Assembly (NCBI GenBank): GCA_964569575.1
Contig: CAZMTL010000002.1
Coordinates: 19,618-83,617, forward strand
Source of the DNA: an uncultured Gammaproteobacteria bacterium
Lineage (GTDB): Bacteria; Patescibacteriota; Patescibacteriia; UBA9934
DNA length: 64,000 nt
Direction of reading: 5' to 3'
Within the stretch, counting starts at the first letter, position 1. Each line of letters begins with the position of its first letter. A program made the position numbers and the translations under genes. Shown here piece by piece: positions 39,511-49,860 of this stretch. A model generated the notes under the pieces. That model ran no database searches. It saw only the letters and a list, made by a program, of their open reading frames with translations, and had not been told where the DNA came from.

Positions 39511-40239
39511 CTACCCGCGACCAAGCGAGAATACATGCACCCGCTTTACCCCTGAACGCTTCAATGCGCGCGCAGCGGCCGAAGCCGTTGCCCCCGTTGT
39601 CCACACATCATCCACCAATAAACATCGTTTCGAAGAAAAATCAGAACAAACCAAAAACGGCGAATTCTCCATTTCTAACTTCCGCGCCTGATCACTGCGC
39701 TCCACCTGCCGACCCGTCGAACGTACCCGAACGCAACTCTCCACAACAGGCAAAGAAAACGCAGCACCCAAGTGCTCGGCAATCAATCGAGACTGATCAA
39801 ATCCCCGTTCGCACAATCGTTGAGCATGCAACGGAACATACGCGATTGCATCAATTTTTTGAAATTGTAAAAAAGGCTCTAATTGAACTAAATAGAGACC
39901 AAACTTTCGCTGCAACAACTTCCAAGCAGAATCATCGTAAAAATATTTCCAAGCATGAAGAAGTTCACGAAAAACCGGATCCGCATACACAAAGGCAGAT
40001 TGAACAGAATCAGGTAACAGCTCTTCTCTACATCCAACACACGCAAAACCATACGGTGAAGAAGCGGCGCAAACAAAACACACCGCATGCGGAACAGTTG
40101 GCACCCACGAAACAAAACAATCACCACACAACAAATCCCCTTCCCGCGAACACCGAACACAAAAACGCGGAAAAACAGCCTCCTCCAAAACGGAAACAAG
40201 CTCTTTTAGTCGACCCATGCAAATGAATTCACAAGCCAA
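39511..40239 (-). CDS. comFC: ComF family protein (ComFC-type phosphoribosyltransferase)
   Basis: N-terminal CxxC...CxxC zinc finger; C-terminal LLVDDVWTTGATASAAARAL PRTase motif; about 235 aa. Confidence 0.75.
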   Translation of the reverse strand: MACEFICMGRLKELVSVLEEAVFPRFCVRCSREGDLLCGDCFVSWVPTVPHAVCFVCAASSPYGFACVGCREELLPDSVQSAFVYADPVFRELLHAWKYFYDDSAWKLLQRKFGLYLVQLEPFLQFQKIDAIAYVPLHAQRLCERGFDQSRLIAEHLGAAFSLPVVESCVRVRSTGRQVERSDQARKLEMENSPFLVCSDFSSKRCLLVDDVWTTGATASAAARALKRSGVKRVHVFSLGRG

Positions 40240-40763
40240 CGATCACCACTTTTCACTAACTCAATTTCAATATCTTGGTAGCGTACAGACGTATTCGAAG
40301 GACTATCAATGGACTCACTTCGCTGTGTTGTGACTCGATATCGAACCGCTTCCGCTGTTTCCGAAACCGTGTTCATCGCGATCACACGTGTCGAAACACC
40401 ATAATATCCGCCAGGCGTTGTCGCGAGCGATTCATTGGTCAAATTTCCAAGCGACGCTTGAAGCGAAGGACTCGAAAGCGCAGCAACATCATCCACATTG
40501 GCAAAATCCACATCCGTTGAATAACTAGCGTATCGCTCGACAAATGAACGCGCAATCACATTCGAAGGCGAAGTCATCGTTCGGCTATCAACTTCCGTCA
40601 CACGCTCAATGCGCGCTCGCTCTTCTTCAGTCAATTGGTCTTCAGGTAACGGAACTTCATCTATCGCACCGTCACGTCGCAAAAGCAAGAAGAGAATCAA
40701 TGCAATCAATCCTGCAATAATCAGCACCGCACCAATCACTTCGAACATGGTTTTTCTTGTCAT
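40206..40763 (-). CDS. Bitopic membrane protein, possibly VirB8-like (N-terminal TM + NTF2-like-looking C-terminal domain); inference only
   Basis: MTRKTMFEVIGAVLIIAGLIALILFLLL TM; C-terminal ...VRYRVTTQRS...YQDIEIELVKSGDRWLVNSFAW. Located immediately downstream of virB4. Confidence 0.3.
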   Translation of the reverse strand: MTRKTMFEVIGAVLIIAGLIALILFLLLRRDGAIDEVPLPEDQLTEEERARIERVTEVDSRTMTSPSNVIARSFVERYASYSTDVDFANVDDVAALSSPSLQASLGNLTNESLATTPGGYYGVSTRVIAMNTVSETAEAVRYRVTTQRSESIDSPSNTSVRYQDIEIELVKSGDRWLVNSFAWVD

Positions 40764-40768
40764 AAAAT

Positions 40769-42766
40769 CTATTTTGGAGAAATAGGAATACTACTCGATC
40801 CCTGCACTTCAGCTCCATCAAGTGCATTTTTCGAACTATTCGGTTTTACCTCATCTTCGTCATCCGTAAACGATGAAGCAAATTCCTTTTTCGCACGCTC
40901 AATTTCGAGCAACTGCTCAGGATTCGTCGTAACCAATTGATCTTCAGTATACGAAGCGACAATTTTAATCGCCGCATGCTTCGGTCCAGCAAAGAAAATC
41001 CCCTCCCCTACAGCCGCTTCAAGCAACAAATATTTTTCACTCTGAGTTAAATTAAACGTGGTCGCAATACGCTCCACTCCCGCCGGCGACTGCTTTAGTA
41101 ACAATTGAAGCGACGAGTTTGTCACAATCGCCTGCCCATACGCGTTCCCCAAGAAGTCGTTCACGTCCTGGGTAATAGTCGTTACTCCTAAATAATACTT
41201 TCGAGCACGCTTCACAAGCGCAAAAATAAACTTCGCCGAATCTTCGTATTGCATCAGCCACCAAGCTTCATCAATCGCCAACACGCGCTTTCGACGACTA
41301 GATCGCACCACATTCCAAATATAGTTTACGATGGTATAAATCGCGATCGGTCGCAATTCATCTTCCAAGTCTCGCACCGAAAAAATCACCAGCTGATTAT
41401 CCATCTCCACGTTAGTCGGCGAATTCAACAATCCAGAAAACGTTCCCTGTGTATACTTACGCAAACGCGCAACCAATTCCTTCGTTCCTTCCATTCCCTC
41501 CAACACTTCTTCCAAATCTTGCAACACCGGAAATTCAGCCGTTGCTAAATTCTGCATCGGAATATCGGAAGTAATATCTTTTTTCGCATACGACTCAATC
41601 AGTGCACGGTCTAACATCGAATCTTCTTCCGGCGTAAATCCAATCACGCCAGCCCCACCCTGCGGCTGACCAATCATAATACGCAACAATCCCTTCAAGG
41701 TAATCACCGCACTTCTCAAAATATCTTCCACCGACGTTTCTTCCCCGACAGGACGTGGTAAATCGAACGGGTTAATTTTTGCTTCGGAAGCAAGCGAAAC
41801 ATTCACGAATGTTCCCCCAACCGCGTCTGAAAGATTGCGATACTCCATTTCCGGATCGATAATAATCACGTCCGTTCCCATCATCAAACTACGCAATACT
41901 TCCAATTTTACCGCATAACTTTTTCCGGCACCGGACGTCGCAAACACGACCGAATTCGCATTCTGCAACGAAAAACGATCAAACAAAATCAACGAATTGT
42001 TATGACGATTAATCCCGTACAAAATCCCTTTATCGCTCGTTAAATCAGAAGAAATAAATGGAAACGAAGAAGCGATCGGTGACGTGTTCATGTTGAACGT
42101 AATCATCAACTCGTCGTTACCAAGCGGCATGGTGGAATTGAAGCCTTGTTCCGATTGATAAAACCCACGCTTCGAATAAATCAACTTCGCACCAAAAATA
42201 GATTCAATGTCTTCAGTACGCTTATCAAGCTCTTCTTTATCCTTCGCGTACACCGTAATATAAAAAGCAAACTGGAAAAAGTGCTCAATCCCCTGTGTTA
42301 AATCGTCACGCAATTGTTCCATATCGCGCAACGCGGTTTCGCGAATCGGATCACGCGGCGCTCCTTTTTCGTTGTCCGAAATAATCTGTGCCTCCACAAT
42401 ACCAACACGGTTTCGCAACTGCTTCAAAATAACCGGTGATTCTACCGGATAAAAAAACATCGCAATGTCGAGCGTTCCATTATAATTGATCACCGGCGCA
42501 CCCCATCCAATCCCAACGTATCGCGGATACGTCACCACAAACAATGTGCGAATATACGTATTTCCTAACAACAAATGATCAGGATTTACCTGAAAAGAAG
42601 CCGGAGCAATCAGATCGCGAACCGTAACAGTTCCACGTCGATACACGCGCTCTTCTTCAAGGGTCGCCTTTTCTTGAACAACACGTTCTTGCTCAGGCGT
42701 AAGCGGCTTCGCCTCTTGCGGCGCAGCCTGCTTCTTTTGATTCAAGTCATTAATATCAAATGCCAT
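40769..42766 (-). CDS. virB4: VirB4/TrbE/CagE-family type IV secretion ATPase (ATPase portion)
   Basis: VFATSGAGKSYAV Walker A, VLAIDEAWWLM Walker B, VirB4-like C-terminal region; 665 aa. Confidence 0.8.
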   Translation of the reverse strand: MAFDINDLNQKKQAAPQEAKPLTPEQERVVQEKATLEEERVYRRGTVTVRDLIAPASFQVNPDHLLLGNTYIRTLFVVTYPRYVGIGWGAPVINYNGTLDIAMFFYPVESPVILKQLRNRVGIVEAQIISDNEKGAPRDPIRETALRDMEQLRDDLTQGIEHFFQFAFYITVYAKDKEELDKRTEDIESIFGAKLIYSKRGFYQSEQGFNSTMPLGNDELMITFNMNTSPIASSFPFISSDLTSDKGILYGINRHNNSLILFDRFSLQNANSVVFATSGAGKSYAVKLEVLRSLMMGTDVIIIDPEMEYRNLSDAVGGTFVNVSLASEAKINPFDLPRPVGEETSVEDILRSAVITLKGLLRIMIGQPQGGAGVIGFTPEEDSMLDRALIESYAKKDITSDIPMQNLATAEFPVLQDLEEVLEGMEGTKELVARLRKYTQGTFSGLLNSPTNVEMDNQLVIFSVRDLEDELRPIAIYTIVNYIWNVVRSSRRKRVLAIDEAWWLMQYEDSAKFIFALVKRARKYYLGVTTITQDVNDFLGNAYGQAIVTNSSLQLLLKQSPAGVERIATTFNLTQSEKYLLLEAAVGEGIFFAGPKHAAIKIVASYTEDQLVTTNPEQLLEIERAKKEFASSFTDDEDEVKPNSSKNALDGAEVQGSSSIPISPK

Positions 42767-42768
42767 AC

Positions 42769-43473
42769 TTAAAATCCGTCCTCAACGCGCAATTCGTTCA
42801 CGTTGGTTAATTTTTCATTATCGTACACGTCCGGGTTGTACACCGTGTAATACAACTCAATCAGCCCCTGTGTATCGAGTACCACGCTCTTCAATCCCAT
42901 TCCGTTCAAGCCCCCTTCCACAATACTGACACGCTGCATTAACGCCTGTTTGCGCTCTTTAAATTGCTTGGCATTCAACTTCACCACCGAAGCCGGCACA
43001 AGCGCACTCGAAATACGAGAAAAAAATCCATTCTTTTTATCGCTCGCCGTACTATACGGAACAACAACATAAAAACGCTTCTCCATAATCTCGCCCAAAT
43101 CCACCAAATCCTTCACGAATGCACGGTAATCTTTAATTTGCGTACGTAACAATTCATTCGCAATCTTTTCCTCTTGTTCAATTAAATAATTCATGTACCG
43201 ATCAACGTTCATCTTTCGTGACTGGATAACGATTTGCAAAGGATGTTCCAATCCATTCAAAAACTGCATGTACGACTGAATAGTCGCCTGCTGTTCATCA
43301 ACTGATTTAAGCGCAAAATTAATCGACGATACCATCATAACGGCACGCAACGTACCATCCTTCAAGATCACCACATTCTCTCGAATTTCGGCAATATCCA
43401 AATATCGCTGAGTCGGAGGACCTGGTTTTACTTTACTAATTTTTTTGGATTGCATTTCGTTCGACTTTGCCAT
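42769..43473 (-). CDS. VirB4 N-terminal-domain-like protein (split VirB4, translationally coupled to 40769-42766)
   Basis: Stop TAA at 42769-71 and downstream ATG at 42766-64 (2-nt gap). Sequence ...QRYLDIAEIRENVVILKDGTLRAVMMVSSINF... resembles VirB4/TraC N-terminal domain; combined length about 900 aa. Confidence 0.45.
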   Translation of the reverse strand: MAKSNEMQSKKISKVKPGPPTQRYLDIAEIRENVVILKDGTLRAVMMVSSINFALKSVDEQQATIQSYMQFLNGLEHPLQIVIQSRKMNVDRYMNYLIEQEEKIANELLRTQIKDYRAFVKDLVDLGEIMEKRFYVVVPYSTASDKKNGFFSRISSALVPASVVKLNAKQFKERKQALMQRVSIVEGGLNGMGLKSVVLDTQGLIELYYTVYNPDVYDNEKLTNVNELRVEDGF

Positions 43474-43474
43474 A

Positions 43475-43954
43475 TTAAAGCAGTTGTTTCGAAGTAACCG
43501 GATCAATAAGAATTTCTTGATCAACGCCAGATTCGTACACGCCACCCGTATTCACCACCAACGCCAATTCAGACAATTTTGATCGTTCCAACCCACGTTT
43601 CACAGGGACAGGCGGAGGAAGAACTTCAACGTCTTTTTTCAGACGCATCTTCAAATCAGAATCGAGCAACGTCTTATCCCAAACCCGCAGCATCGGCTTG
43701 CGCAACGTTTGCACCATATTCAAAGCAATATAATGAAACGGCCGCCCATTCACCCGCGCAAACGCAAAGACCACGCCAATCACCAGCACCGGAATTCCTA
43801 ATAAAAGAAAAATAATGATGCTCGAAAAAAGACTATAGATAAAAAATTCCACCAAAATAACCGCAAGCAAAATCAAAAACTGCCGACCAGTAATCGGACC
43901 AATAATCTTCGACTCGACATCAAGAAATTGTGGAACGACAAATTGCTGCGCCAT
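43475..43954 (-). CDS. PrgI/VirB3-like small two-TM protein
   Basis: MAQQFVVPQFLDVESKIIGPITGRQFLILLAVILVEFFIYSLF...LLLGIPVLVIGVVFAFARVNGRPFHYI; stop 1 nt before the VirB4-N ATG. Start at 43954 rather than track start 44278 (which runs into the repeat region). Confidence 0.5.
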   Translation of the reverse strand: MAQQFVVPQFLDVESKIIGPITGRQFLILLAVILVEFFIYSLFSSIIIFLLLGIPVLVIGVVFAFARVNGRPFHYIALNMVQTLRKPMLRVWDKTLLDSDLKMRLKKDVEVLPPPVPVKRGLERSKLSELALVVNTGGVYESGVDQEILIDPVTSKQLL

Positions 43955-44047
43955 GCCTTCAGTATAACACGAAAACAAAAACCAACAGGGATAATAAAGT
44001 GGATAGAAAAAGAGAAATTTAAACCCGACAGCAAACAAAGAAGCGAT

Positions 44048-44097
44048 CAACGCGTAACCACCCCTAGCCCCTCCTTGTGGATCTAAGAAGGAGGGGG
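44048..44097. repeat. Direct repeat copy 1 (caacgcgtaaccacccctagccc + GC hairpin cccctcctt...aaggagggg)
   Basis: Read directly; 9-bp perfect stem cccctcctt/aaggagggg with 11-nt loop. Confidence 0.7.
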
Positions 44098-44565
44098 AAC
44101 GAGCTCGATTTTCGCCGAGAGATTGCTTCGTCGCAAGACTCCTCGCAATGACCAAGTCGAGGCGCATAGATCCTTCACTTCGTTCAGGATGACAAAGTCG
44201 TTTGTTCTGATGTCCTTCCCGCACGAAGAGAGGCGAAGCCGAACGCCAGCGGAGCTCAACGCGCTGTGACAAAGGCACTGTAACAAAATCACGCGAAGGT
44301 CGAGCAGTTCGTCGAACCGGCTGGAGGGGGCCTGACCCCCGTAGGACCGGTGTAGCGAAAAGAACTGCGATCGGTCACTTTCCATAATTTAAAAAATGAA
44401 GCGTGCCGCCGAGCCACGAAAGGCTCTTTCTTTTGCCTACTTCTCTTTGAGCCAGCAAAGAAAAGTAGGTCGGGGTTCGGGGGTGAAACTCCCGATCGCT
44501 GTGACAAAGTCGAGTGTAACAAAATCAAAGCGGCGGAGTCGCGTCAGCCTCGCGGGCACACACGA

Positions 44566-44607
44566 CCAACGCGTAACCACCCCTAGCCCTTCCTTGAAAA
44601 GGAGGGG
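44566..44607. repeat. Direct repeat copy 2 (caacgcgtaaccacccctagccc + hairpin ccttcctt-gaaa-aggagggg)
   Basis: Same 23-nt leader and same hairpin arms as copy 1 but with a GAAA tetraloop; copies about 520 bp apart. A second internal repeat pair (gctgtgacaaag..tgtaacaaaatca..gcg) lies at about 44263-44300 and 44498-44537. Confidence 0.7.
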
Positions 44608-44694
44608 GAAGCGCTTGCGAGAACCGATAGATCCCGGATCAAGTCCCGGATGACGAGAAATGAGAGCTCGATTAACGCAGAAGCGTCACCCTTT

Positions 44695-47019
44695 TTAAAA
44701 CTTCATCTTCTTATTCAACTCCACAATCGCCTGCACCTCGGCAGGAGAAAGCGATTCTTTCCCTTCATTTCTACGATCAGTCGCAATTTCCGCAAACGAA
44801 CGCCCGGCTGTAAGCGATTCACGCGCCATATCTAAATACAACCGATTTACCGGACTCTTGCGCCAACCAGCAACACCAGCAATACGCTGTTCGTAGGCCG
44901 TCGCCTGCAACAACATTAATTTATCCAAAATCTTGCGCCCTGCTTCTTTAGGATCGCTACTCAATCGTCTAAATTCAGAAACCGTCATTGTCCCCAATTC
45001 CTCCACAGGCCCAACCAATTTCTTCACATACGAAACATCCGTCACCTTCCCACCAGATTCTTTATGAACAGGCGCCGCACTTCCAGCGCTCACAAACGCC
45101 TTCGCTTTCTTTGGTCGAGCAGAAACTTCTGCCTCAACAAGAGCCTGCGAACTCACAGAACCTCCCTGCAACTTCAGTTCCTCCTCTTTTGTTCGCGCAG
45201 CACTTACGCTTGCATGCGGAAGCACCGGCTCGACAGATTCTGTCGAACGACTTTTCGTTAACGCAGAAAAACGCTGATCAAGCACCTGGCGCTCTGCTGT
45301 ATCAAAATCCTTCTTCACCTCAGGTACAGCTTTCACTGGCATTTGATGCACACTCGCACGTTTCGCAGCCAACACCACACGCGCAGCATCTTCGTGAGTA
45401 AACGAAAACTTATCAATCAAATACCTCTCCGCTTGATGCAATTCACGCGTTCCTCGCACTACCGAAGCAATCACATCACGAGCCTGCTTTTCTTCAACGG
45501 TATATTTATTAAAGATCTCTGAAGTACTTCGGTACACTTCTTCCACAGTCGTCTCGATAGAAGTAGCCGCAGGAGCAACAGCACGTCTCTGCATCTTGCG
45601 CTTCTCGGCAAGCACCTCCTTCTCTTCCTCTGGTCCAAGCATCATCGAGGCATCTTTCGCTGCAACCACCGAAACGCGTTCGAGCGATTGCGCAGGAGAA
45701 CGCACCGAAAGCGGGCGATCAAACTGTACAGGCGTCTTTTTTGCCTTTATCTCAACCGCAACATCAGGCCCAGACATCATACGCGTCCGTTCCTTGCTTA
45801 ACTTAGCTAAAATATCGCCTGCTTCTTCTTTCGAAAAACCGTGAACATGCTCCAAAATCTGCCGCGTCTTCCCCTTCGAACGCCCTTCGTGCAAAAACCC
45901 GATCGTTAAATCTTTATACGCCACTTCGGACAAACCTTTATTTAGAAAAGTAGCGTGAATCGACTCAAGCGAATCACCCGCATCAACAGTCTGATTTACA
46001 GCACCACGGTCAATAGGAACATCGCGCCAATTCGAAGGTACATCAAGCGCCGCAAATAACGAATCCCAAGACAAATCTTCATCGTCAACCGGAAGCTGAA
46101 CGTCGGGCGCAGGAGCTGTATCACGTGAAGAAAAAAGAGCCATAAACTGATTCCAAACAGCCGCCTTCGATCGCTCGAGTGGTACATCGCTCGCAACATG
46201 CACATCTGTTCGACCAATCTGAACAGACTGATTTGCGCCACTCAACGTAGATTTATACCGATCCGCTTCGCGCTTTGTTAATACCCCAGGCTGTCTGCGC
46301 TGTAACGTCGTCGGACCACCCACTTTAAATACATAAGCAGGATCATCGGCCGCACGCGCAGGCAACCTCGAATCCAAAGACGGTTCAACGACAGGCGCTT
46401 CTGTTTCCAAATCCGAAACATCAGACACATCGAGCGCAAATTTCTTCCCTTCTTTATCGAGCGCATCCAAAAATTTCTCCGAAACAGCCGCATCCAACTC
46501 CATCCCACCAACCGAGACAGGACGACCAAGTGTATGCAAAATAGATTCCTTCGTTCGCGCCTTGGTTAAATACGAAGTAGCCAAGTAAATCAACCGTCGC
46601 AACAAATGTTCCGACAAATTCATCCCCCACTTCTGCACCATGTGACGCACAAACTCGTCGGGAGAAATTTGCTCCTTCTCAACTACCTTTGTTTCATAGT
46701 GCGTCACATCTCCTCCCAAATGCGAAATCTCGGCAACCACGGTTGGTAAATATAACTTCAACGGCAACAACACCATTCCCAAAAAATCCGCCGTCACTTC
46801 CTTCGACTTCGCCTCTTCCAGTCCAAACGCCGCCCGAATCAATTCCTCAACGCCCGTAATTTCCAAATTCCCCCGCACCACCGCATCGCGTAAATCTAAA
46901 AACTCCTCCAACCGATCGGCCGGTAACTGATGCTTTTCAACTAACTGCCTAAGTCGACTAAACACTGAAACGTCGAGCACATAAACAGCAACTGGCTTGT
47001 AAACACGTAAATCCTCCAT
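44695..47019 (-). CDS. Large hypothetical soluble protein (774 aa) inside the T4SS-like cluster
   Basis: Long ORF, no TM, no P-loop found by eye (GRSKGKT is G-x3-GKT, not a Walker A); no assignable motifs. Confidence 0.5.
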   Translation of the reverse strand: MEDLRVYKPVAVYVLDVSVFSRLRQLVEKHQLPADRLEEFLDLRDAVVRGNLEITGVEELIRAAFGLEEAKSKEVTADFLGMVLLPLKLYLPTVVAEISHLGGDVTHYETKVVEKEQISPDEFVRHMVQKWGMNLSEHLLRRLIYLATSYLTKARTKESILHTLGRPVSVGGMELDAAVSEKFLDALDKEGKKFALDVSDVSDLETEAPVVEPSLDSRLPARAADDPAYVFKVGGPTTLQRRQPGVLTKREADRYKSTLSGANQSVQIGRTDVHVASDVPLERSKAAVWNQFMALFSSRDTAPAPDVQLPVDDEDLSWDSLFAALDVPSNWRDVPIDRGAVNQTVDAGDSLESIHATFLNKGLSEVAYKDLTIGFLHEGRSKGKTRQILEHVHGFSKEEAGDILAKLSKERTRMMSGPDVAVEIKAKKTPVQFDRPLSVRSPAQSLERVSVVAAKDASMMLGPEEEKEVLAEKRKMQRRAVAPAATSIETTVEEVYRSTSEIFNKYTVEEKQARDVIASVVRGTRELHQAERYLIDKFSFTHEDAARVVLAAKRASVHQMPVKAVPEVKKDFDTAERQVLDQRFSALTKSRSTESVEPVLPHASVSAARTKEEELKLQGGSVSSQALVEAEVSARPKKAKAFVSAGSAAPVHKESGGKVTDVSYVKKLVGPVEELGTMTVSEFRRLSSDPKEAGRKILDKLMLLQATAYEQRIAGVAGWRKSPVNRLYLDMARESLTAGRSFAEIATDRRNEGKESLSPAEVQAIVELNKKMKF

Positions 47020-47028
47020 GTATCAAGT

Positions 47029-49860
47029 TTAAGGGGTTCCTGTAGAGCCTGGCGTTGGCGTTGACGGCGTCCCAGAAGTTGCCATACCCGGAGCCGATCT
47101 AATATCTCGAGCTACCAAATTAGCATAATCCTTCAAACGTTCACGCTCTTCGCTCTTCCGAATAACAACCGCTCCTTTTCGAGCAGCCACCGCATCATCT
47201 GCTCGAAGTACACGCATAACATTCATAACAGCAGCTTGAATATCTTTTAATTCAGTAGCATTTGCACGCTGTGCGCGCGAATGCAAATCACTAAGTAATT
47301 TTGAAGCATTCTGAGCAATCACCTTTCCGGCATCAGTATGATTACCGCCACCCGTCAGCGAAGGCGTAGACAACATCTTCGCATCAAATTGGGCAACAGC
47401 GGCAGGAGCTGTAGAAATAACTTGTTGCAACAAAATTGGATTAGCAACAGAACCCGTCGCAGAATTAACCTCCACGTCGTTCAAATTACCTGTTGATAAA
47501 TATTTAGCTTGCTTATATTTACTCTGTTCAGCTAGCGAAAGAGTGTTGGAAGCCTGAATAGCATCGATCTTCGCGACAAGAGCATCTCGAACATCAGTCG
47601 CCATATCACTCAAATCCGCTCCACTCACAGCCGCATCAACCGTAGCCTGAACAACACGCCGAGCCTGTTCTTCTGCTTTAGGGTCTGTAGCAGAGCCAGC
47701 AAAATCAAGTGCCGCGATTGGATAAACGCCTGCTTTGACTTCTTCGTCGGTGACCGGCCTCAAAACAGCCTGCTTAGCTCCAATAGCCTCGCTCATTTTT
47801 TGAATATTATTACTTACGGCAGGATTATAATTCTTATTCTGACTAAGCTTAGACAAGTAATTTTGGACGTCTTTATTAACGCCGCCAACGCCAGTATTTA
47901 ATTGATCCAGTGCAGTAGACGCGGTTCGTTTACCACCATTCTCCTGGTCATTAAAGTAACCCATGACTCGCTCATCCAAGGCATCAAGAATCTTTTGATT
48001 AGGCACTGTCTTATATTTCTTTGTCTGAGGATCCATAACGTATTCACCCGTCTTCGGATCAACATAAAATTCCTGCAACGATTCCGCCGAAATCATGCTT
48101 GTCTTGAAACGTTCATCTGAAATAACCTTTTTAACATCTTTTTCATCAAGCAAATGCAAATTTTTAACCTTTGCTTTATACAAATTATCGCTGAAAGACT
48201 TGTCTTCCGCTCCAAAAACCTCTTCCTTCGCATCAGCAACCTTAAGAGCCTGTTTCATTGCAAGATCATAACGCTCTTGTCCTCCAGGTTCACCATACTG
48301 CTTCTGCAATCGTTCCTTCAATCGCTTCTGCTCAAACTTATTTTGCATTAAATTTGAAGCAATAAACATTGAAAACGCTTGGTCACTTTCGTTAAGCTTA
48401 CTAATATCAAAACCAGGCGTCATCATGCGCTCATAATCCATCGCGCGCTGCGTATCGCTTCGAGATTCATATCGCTTCTTCGCCGAATCACGAACAGCAT
48501 TTTCTTGTAACTCAAGTCGATTTTCAGCCATTCCTGCTACATTGGATGTAGCACGCCCAACGGCAGCCAAGGGAGCGAAGGAACTTTGAGCTTGTCGCTC
48601 TCCAAATCTAACAGCATTCTGAGCGTAATCTTTGAAAACTGCAGGAGCGCCTGTACGCCGGTACCCTGCATACGCACCCTTCCCTGCATAATTTGCACCC
48701 GTCGCCAATGTTCGACGCGCAAGCATAGTCGCCATTCCTCCATCCGCCGAAATTGCTTTCGCAGCAAACCCTCCAACCGAAGAAGCTTGCTGACTTGCTG
48801 TCTGAAAGCCAACCATAATCAAAGCAACTCCAACAATCACTCCCATAATCTGATCAAGTGAAAATACTTCAACCAAAAAGTCTGATTCAAAATAATTTCC
48901 ACTTGCGTCTAACTGAGGATCAAACCCAGCGTCTGTGGCAATCGATCCACTAGACGCAACTGCTAGCCCAAGCCAAAGGAAAAAAAGCATGATTGGACCA
49001 AACGCAATCGCGCCAGTCAATCGCTTCCACCAATCTCCGTAGACTCCCTGCAACCCCCCAAGCGTCGCACCCACGCCTTGCGCAAAAAACGCCAACGGTG
49101 AAATAACAATCAAAATCCAAAGTACAACAATGCGATACATCAACGCTGCCGTTAACAAAATAAGCGTAGACGCAACCAGCGCAAGCAGCCAAACCATCGC
49201 AATGGTTGTACCAAGCAATTTAAACGCCTCGATTCCAGAACCAACCGTACCAGCAACTAAACCAGCGTCTTCATTCAATTCGTAAAATCGGCTAAGATTA
49301 AAAAATTCGGCAAAATTCCCTGCCCCTACTTCCGAAATCGCATTAGCAAATGTCACCATGATCACCTGACCAATATCAATCATGAACAAAGTGATCGTCT
49401 TTGAGAAATTCATCGCAATCACAGCGATAAATAATTTCGGCAATTGCTGCTTCCAATCAACTCGACCGGCACCAACCATTGTTTGAACCGCAATCACGAG
49501 CAAAATTACAATCACGAACATGTTCATCAAGTCTCGCACCAACTGCCAACCAACCAACACAACCTGACTACTTCCAAATGCATCATACTGAATCAACGTC
49601 AGCATGATAGAGATAAGCAAAACAATTAATTGCCCAAGCATCCAGGCGATCACGTTAAAGATTCCAGCAATCAAACCCATCAATGTATTTCGAGCAGTAG
49701 CGGTAATCGCTCCAAGTGTATCGCTTTGAGCCAAAACAACATCAGCGCCCCCGAAAACTCCCCCAACAATAACCGCACTCAAAATAAAAAAACTTAAAAA
49801 CAATCTGTGTTTGAACAGAAAAACGCTTGCCTGCGAAAACCATGTACGCAACCGGTTCAT
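47029..49860 (-). CDS. VirB6/TrbL-like polytopic membrane protein with about 550-aa hydrophilic C-terminal extension
   Basis: Start at MNRLRTWF (49860): signal-like segment, then at least 7 hydrophobic helices over about 400 aa, then long soluble region rich in A/K/Q. Confidence 0.45.
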   Translation of the reverse strand: MNRLRTWFSQASVFLFKHRLFLSFFILSAVIVGGVFGGADVVLAQSDTLGAITATARNTLMGLIAGIFNVIAWMLGQLIVLLISIMLTLIQYDAFGSSQVVLVGWQLVRDLMNMFVIVILLVIAVQTMVGAGRVDWKQQLPKLFIAVIAMNFSKTITLFMIDIGQVIMVTFANAISEVGAGNFAEFFNLSRFYELNEDAGLVAGTVGSGIEAFKLLGTTIAMVWLLALVASTLILLTAALMYRIVVLWILIVISPLAFFAQGVGATLGGLQGVYGDWWKRLTGAIAFGPIMLFFLWLGLAVASSGSIATDAGFDPQLDASGNYFESDFLVEVFSLDQIMGVIVGVALIMVGFQTASQQASSVGGFAAKAISADGGMATMLARRTLATGANYAGKGAYAGYRRTGAPAVFKDYAQNAVRFGERQAQSSFAPLAAVGRATSNVAGMAENRLELQENAVRDSAKKRYESRSDTQRAMDYERMMTPGFDISKLNESDQAFSMFIASNLMQNKFEQKRLKERLQKQYGEPGGQERYDLAMKQALKVADAKEEVFGAEDKSFSDNLYKAKVKNLHLLDEKDVKKVISDERFKTSMISAESLQEFYVDPKTGEYVMDPQTKKYKTVPNQKILDALDERVMGYFNDQENGGKRTASTALDQLNTGVGGVNKDVQNYLSKLSQNKNYNPAVSNNIQKMSEAIGAKQAVLRPVTDEEVKAGVYPIAALDFAGSATDPKAEEQARRVVQATVDAAVSGADLSDMATDVRDALVAKIDAIQASNTLSLAEQSKYKQAKYLSTGNLNDVEVNSATGSVANPILLQQVISTAPAAVAQFDAKMLSTPSLTGGGNHTDAGKVIAQNASKLLSDLHSRAQRANATELKDIQAAVMNVMRVLRADDAVAARKGAVVIRKSEERERLKDYANLVARDIRSAPGMATSGTPSTPTPGSTGTP

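Noticed and set aside
43955-44694. RNase P RNA, tmRNA, SRP RNA or a CRISPR array in the repeat-rich spacer
   Set aside because: - I looked for RNase P CR-I/II/IV strings, the tmRNA tRNA-like 3' end and the SRP domain IV motif. Only partial, wrongly ordered resemblances (GGUGAAA, AAGUCCCGG).
- Only two copies of each repeat with unequal spacing, so not a CRISPR.
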